Positions 60,044 through 64,000 of a stretch of 64,000 nucleotides of DNA are shown in pieces. The first letter of the stretch is position 1, and each line of letters opens with the position of its first letter. The stretch is from Octopus bimaculoides (Eukaryota), in the NCBI RefSeq assembly GCF_001194135.2, contig NC_068982.1, forward strand, positions 113,794,889 to 113,858,888, in the 5' to 3' direction. The translations under genes and the position numbers were made by a program. Below the pieces are notes generated by a model, which saw nothing but the letters and a program-made list of their open reading frames with translations, did no database searches and was not told the DNA's origin.

Positions 60044-63000
60044 TCTTTTATTCTCTTATATGACTCAGCCATGAGGCTGCAGCCATGCCGGGGCACCGCC
60101 AGTGTAACCACCTTTTAAGTGGCCAATTTTATGGGATTAGCTTTTGGTGAAGGAGGTAGCTCGACACCGCTGCCCTCTTTGGCGTTTGCTGCATTGATAT
60201 TGGTTCATCTCGGATATTGGATAGCAAGAGATCAAGCTGTTTCTTGAAACCATTTACTCCCACTCCATGGAGATTCCTTAGATGTTTTGGCAAAGAGTTA
60301 AAAAGTTGTGGGCCCTTCGATCCCAAGCTATTGCAGTACATGGTCCTCGCCTTAGATGAGACAGCTGGGACTTTTCGAACAGTGCAGTGACGTCCATTTC
60401 GAGGTCTGGTATAACTCTCAATTCCAAAGTTTGGCGCCAGCCTCTCCTGTATCTTCCGCACATATATCACGGTATACTTCTCTCCAGGTGGTAGAGTCGT
60501 AGCTCTTTTAGCCTCTCCCAGTAGCTCAGCTGTTCCATTAACGCAATCTTCGTTGTGTAGTATCGTTGAACCGCCTCAAGTTCTACTATTAATCCTACTA
60601 CTACAGTGTAAGGTGACCACAGTTGAGAGCAGTAGTCCAGACGGCTGAAGACAAATGTCTTCCATAGGACCAGCATAGTTTCCTGCTCCCTTATTCTGAA
60701 GATTCTCAGAATCCATCTGGCCATTCACCTGCACACTGTCACCATCTTGATGACATACGTGTGAAACTAGGAATCGTTGCTCATATCAATCCCAAGATCA
60801 CGCACTGTGTGTGATTCTAGGATTGCCGCTCCTTTTGGTCCAAAGTACCGTTGTTGTGACTTCTGAGCACTAATTAGCTGATAGCAGAGGGCTTGGAATT
60901 TGCCTGCATTAAATTGCATGTTGTCCTCAGCCCACTTTAATATGGCATCTAGGTCTTTCTGTAGAAGATTGGCATCAGAAGGTTCCTTGACTGCTGGTAC
61001 TACTTTTGTGTCTTCGGCATAGCTAGTAAGTGTGGCTATCTGTGTAACTGATGATATGTCTGAAAGAGCTACCATGAACAGCAGTGGCCCCAATACAGTT
61101 CCCTGAGGCACTCCACTTTCTATCAATGTCTCTGTGGAGAGAGCTCCGTTGGCTGTTACAGCCTGGCTTCTGTCTTTTAAGAAGTCATGCAACCACTCTC
61201 CGGTTTTCCCAGTTATGCCGAGTCTCCGTAGTTTGTGACATATCATCTCATGATAAACCTCATCTAACACGTTTGCAAAGTCGAGACATATCACGTCTAC
61301 ATTTGAGCGATTCGTTAATTGTTTCAACACCCAGTCATAGTGTTGCAAAAACTGTGTAAGGCAGCTTCTGCCTGAGCGAAAGCCATGCTGAATGTCAGGA
61401 AGCAAGTCATTATCTTCAAAGAACGCAGTTAGTTTCTTCCTGACAATGGGCTCAATGACTTTGCTGACATGGGAAGTTAGAGAGACAGGTCTATGATACT
61501 TAGCGTCTACTCTGCCACCTCCCTTATGGATAGGGCATATAATGCCTTCCTTTAACCTTTTGGAAAGTCTCACAGTTGTGAGGAAGCTCTGAAAGAGAAT
61601 CTGAAGTGGTCTCGCTAGAGCCCCTTTGCATTTCTTTGGGAGAATTGCTGGGAATCCATCAGGGCCTGTTGCTGAGTTTGAGCTCATCTCATCAATTGTT
61701 GATATCACATCAGTTTCCTCTATGTTGATGCTGTCAATAATTGCCATTCTGTTGCGTAGATCTGTGGAACCAAAAAACTCATCAGGCATAGCTACTTGCA
61801 AGTGTCCTAGTGAAGTAGTGAAAGCACTCTTGTATTGCACATTCAGTATTTCACTGATCCTCTGGGAGTCTGTAGTCTTCAAGTAGAGGCCCTATTTTGC
61901 ACCGTACTGAAGCAGATTCTTTTGCATATCTATAGAAGGCTTTAGGGTTTGTCTTAATATTTTTGACAGCCCTGGTCTCTTTTCTGCCCTCTCCTTTTCA
62001 TGGGAGCGTTTGAGTTCATTATCGATCTCGAACAATGTTCGTTTGAGGTGGGATCATTTGTTATCCTTTAGTGGCCCAGTTAGACGATTTGAGATTTTTG
62101 CTCGTCATCTCATAGAATCCTCCTATCCCTGGGTATTATATTTTTCTGCTAGCTTGGCATCCTCTCTGGAGCAAATTTTTTGCAGATGTCATTCATGAGT
62201 CATAACGTGTTGTAACTTTATGTCAATGTCTTCTATAGAGAGACTGGCAGACCAATTATTTTCCATGATCTCTTTCGCGATACCCTTCCAATCAGCTTTG
62301 TAGTCTTCTGCGGACCATTCATTGTTAGTTCTATTAAGTTTTGATCCGAGAAAATCGTCGGTGTCACCCCAACATTATGGATGAGCACCGTGTTGTTTGT
62401 GAAACAGAGATCCAGGACATTTTTCCCCTTGTTAGGTGGAGCGCTATTTTCTCCATAAAGAGCATGTTAGTGAGGTCAAGCAGAAATTCTGCATGCCTCA
62501 GGCCATGCAGTGACATATCTGAGAGAAGGTGGCCCTCAGGCCATTTGAAATCCCCTAAACAAGTATGTGCAGGCTGTTATCGTGGTTGGTTAATACTTCC
62601 TTCATTTCTTGGAGGCTCTCTTCAAATGAATCCTCATGATTTGGAGCATCTGGTGGGCAATACATGGTACATATTACTAGTTTCATCTGTTTAATGTGTA
62701 CCACCAGAGTGTCACAGGCCGAGTTTGAATGTGACAGTAGGATCACAGGCGTGACATCTTCCCGGATGTACATAGCCACTCCGACATGAGTCCTTTCTCT
62801 CCTGTCACTTCGAAACAACATACCCTGATATGTGTATCTCAGCATCTGATGCGTCCGCATTCAAATGTGTTTCTGTTAGTGACACGCATATTGCTTGATT
62901 AAATGCCACTTAGTCTCCCAGGTACTGTGTTTTGCGTTGTTGGGACGTTACGAGGCCCCTGATGTTCAGCAAGAATACTGGTGTGACATGTAGGGTGTCG

Positions 63001-63300
63001 GTAGTGGCCACTGATCTGACATGCTCAGAGGTGTCAGAGACGGCTACCTCGGATCCTTAGTTGTTTGAGGTGGTCGTGGATATTGGTAAGTGTTCCTCAT
63101 ACTGAATGTCTGGTGAAGCCAGGTCAGCTGTCTTGCAATCTTCTGTGCAACCTCCAAAAAAAGCCTATTGTTCAGCAGCCGCTATCTGCACTGCAGTGCA
63201 GTTTGTTTCCTCCTAGGAGCAGTGCGTGCACCATCCACACACTTCTATGGTGGTGACATAGTATCTTGTGATCTGATACTGTGTTGTTGGAGGCTGTACA
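60040..63300 (-). mobile_element. CR1-clade LINE, near-complete ORF2 (APE + RT) with 3' UTR; pseudogenised
   Basis: LLNIRGL, TETHL, RSDR...GVAMYI (APE). ATGPDGFP, RPVSLTS, QHGFRSGRSCLTQ, SGVPQGTVLGPLLF (RT). DYCSQLWSPY, LSYWERLKEL. Tail (aagaat)n. ORF1 not resolved. Confidence 0.95.
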
Positions 63301-63304
63301 CATA

Positions 63305-63440
<136 letters not shown>

Positions 63441-63551
63441 CTCACCTGGATTCCCCTTATAGTCCGCGGAGTCAGTCCTCGGTAAGAGTTCGAGGTGTAT
63501 GTTCAAATCATTTCAGCGCTACCTAGTGATTTTTATATTGAGCATCTCTGC

Positions 63552-63735
63552 ATTCATTTGACTGTGACTATCCTTGGGTCAAACAAATCGACCCAAGATT
63601 TATTTTTCTGAAGCCTAGTACTTATTCTTTTGGGGTCTTTTGCCGAATTGTTAAGTTACAGGGATGTAAACACACCAACACCAGTTGTTAAGCGGTGATG
63701 AGGTGGGGATAAACAGTAACAAAGACACACACATC
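63552..63735 (-). mobile_element. SINE family B 3' part
   Basis: tcatttgactg...aaatcgaccc...ctagtacttattct...gtaaacacaccaacacc. Confidence 0.8.
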
Positions 63736-63737
63736 GA

Positions 63738-63768
63738 TATCTATATCTACCTATCTATTTATCAATCA

Positions 63769-63836
<68 letters not shown>
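63738..63836. repeat. (ATCT)n microsatellite
   Basis: Direct inspection. Confidence 0.97.
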
Positions 63837-63837
<1 letters not shown>

Positions 63838-63838
63838 G

Positions 63839-64000
63839 GCTGTCCTCATGGCAGCCGGCTTCGGTCCCATTTTCCGCGGCTGGATGGCTGCCTTGTACAG
63901 GGGCATCCGTTCGGTAGTTCGCGTCAATGGGCACCTATTAAGACCATTCGACATTGCACGTTCGGTCCGTCAGGGATGCCCCCTCTCGTCGCTCCTGTAC
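63839..64000 (+). mobile_element. Second Tx1 copy, RT fragment running off the window
   Basis: 54 open codons: AVLMAAGFGPIFRGWMAALYRGIRSVVRVNGHLLRPFDIARSVRQGCPLSSLLY, paralogous to 28700-28850 minus. Confidence 0.9.

Overview
AT-rich, repeat-dominated eukaryotic intronic/intergenic DNA. The SINE families and the (TA)n/(CA)n load point to a coleoid cephalopod, most likely Octopus (inference). No host protein-coding gene could be supported. Every recognisable coding stretch is a broken transposon: RTE, two R4/Dong copies, two Tx1 copies, Hero, CR1, a Ty3/Gypsy pol fragment and a mariner 5' end. Also present are a non-autonomous Helitron, a probable LTR with tRNA-Arg PBS, at least four tRNA-derived SINE families, foldbacks, microsatellites and eight N-gaps. 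The main result is two small non-coding retroposon families that appear to carry self-cleaving ribozymes. (i) A 323-bp tRNA-headed element (22781-23103, minus) has a minimal Penelope-type hammerhead, a TSD and an inverted copy of its own tail at the 5' junction; the same junction recurs in a 69-bp insertion at 54338-54406. (ii) A (CAA)-tailed family has a 5' end that folds like an HDV-type ribozyme (best copy 5823-5887). The CR1 LINE 3' end also matches the tail of the abundant CORE-type SINE. Boundaries are read by eye and approximate unless TSDs or termini are given.
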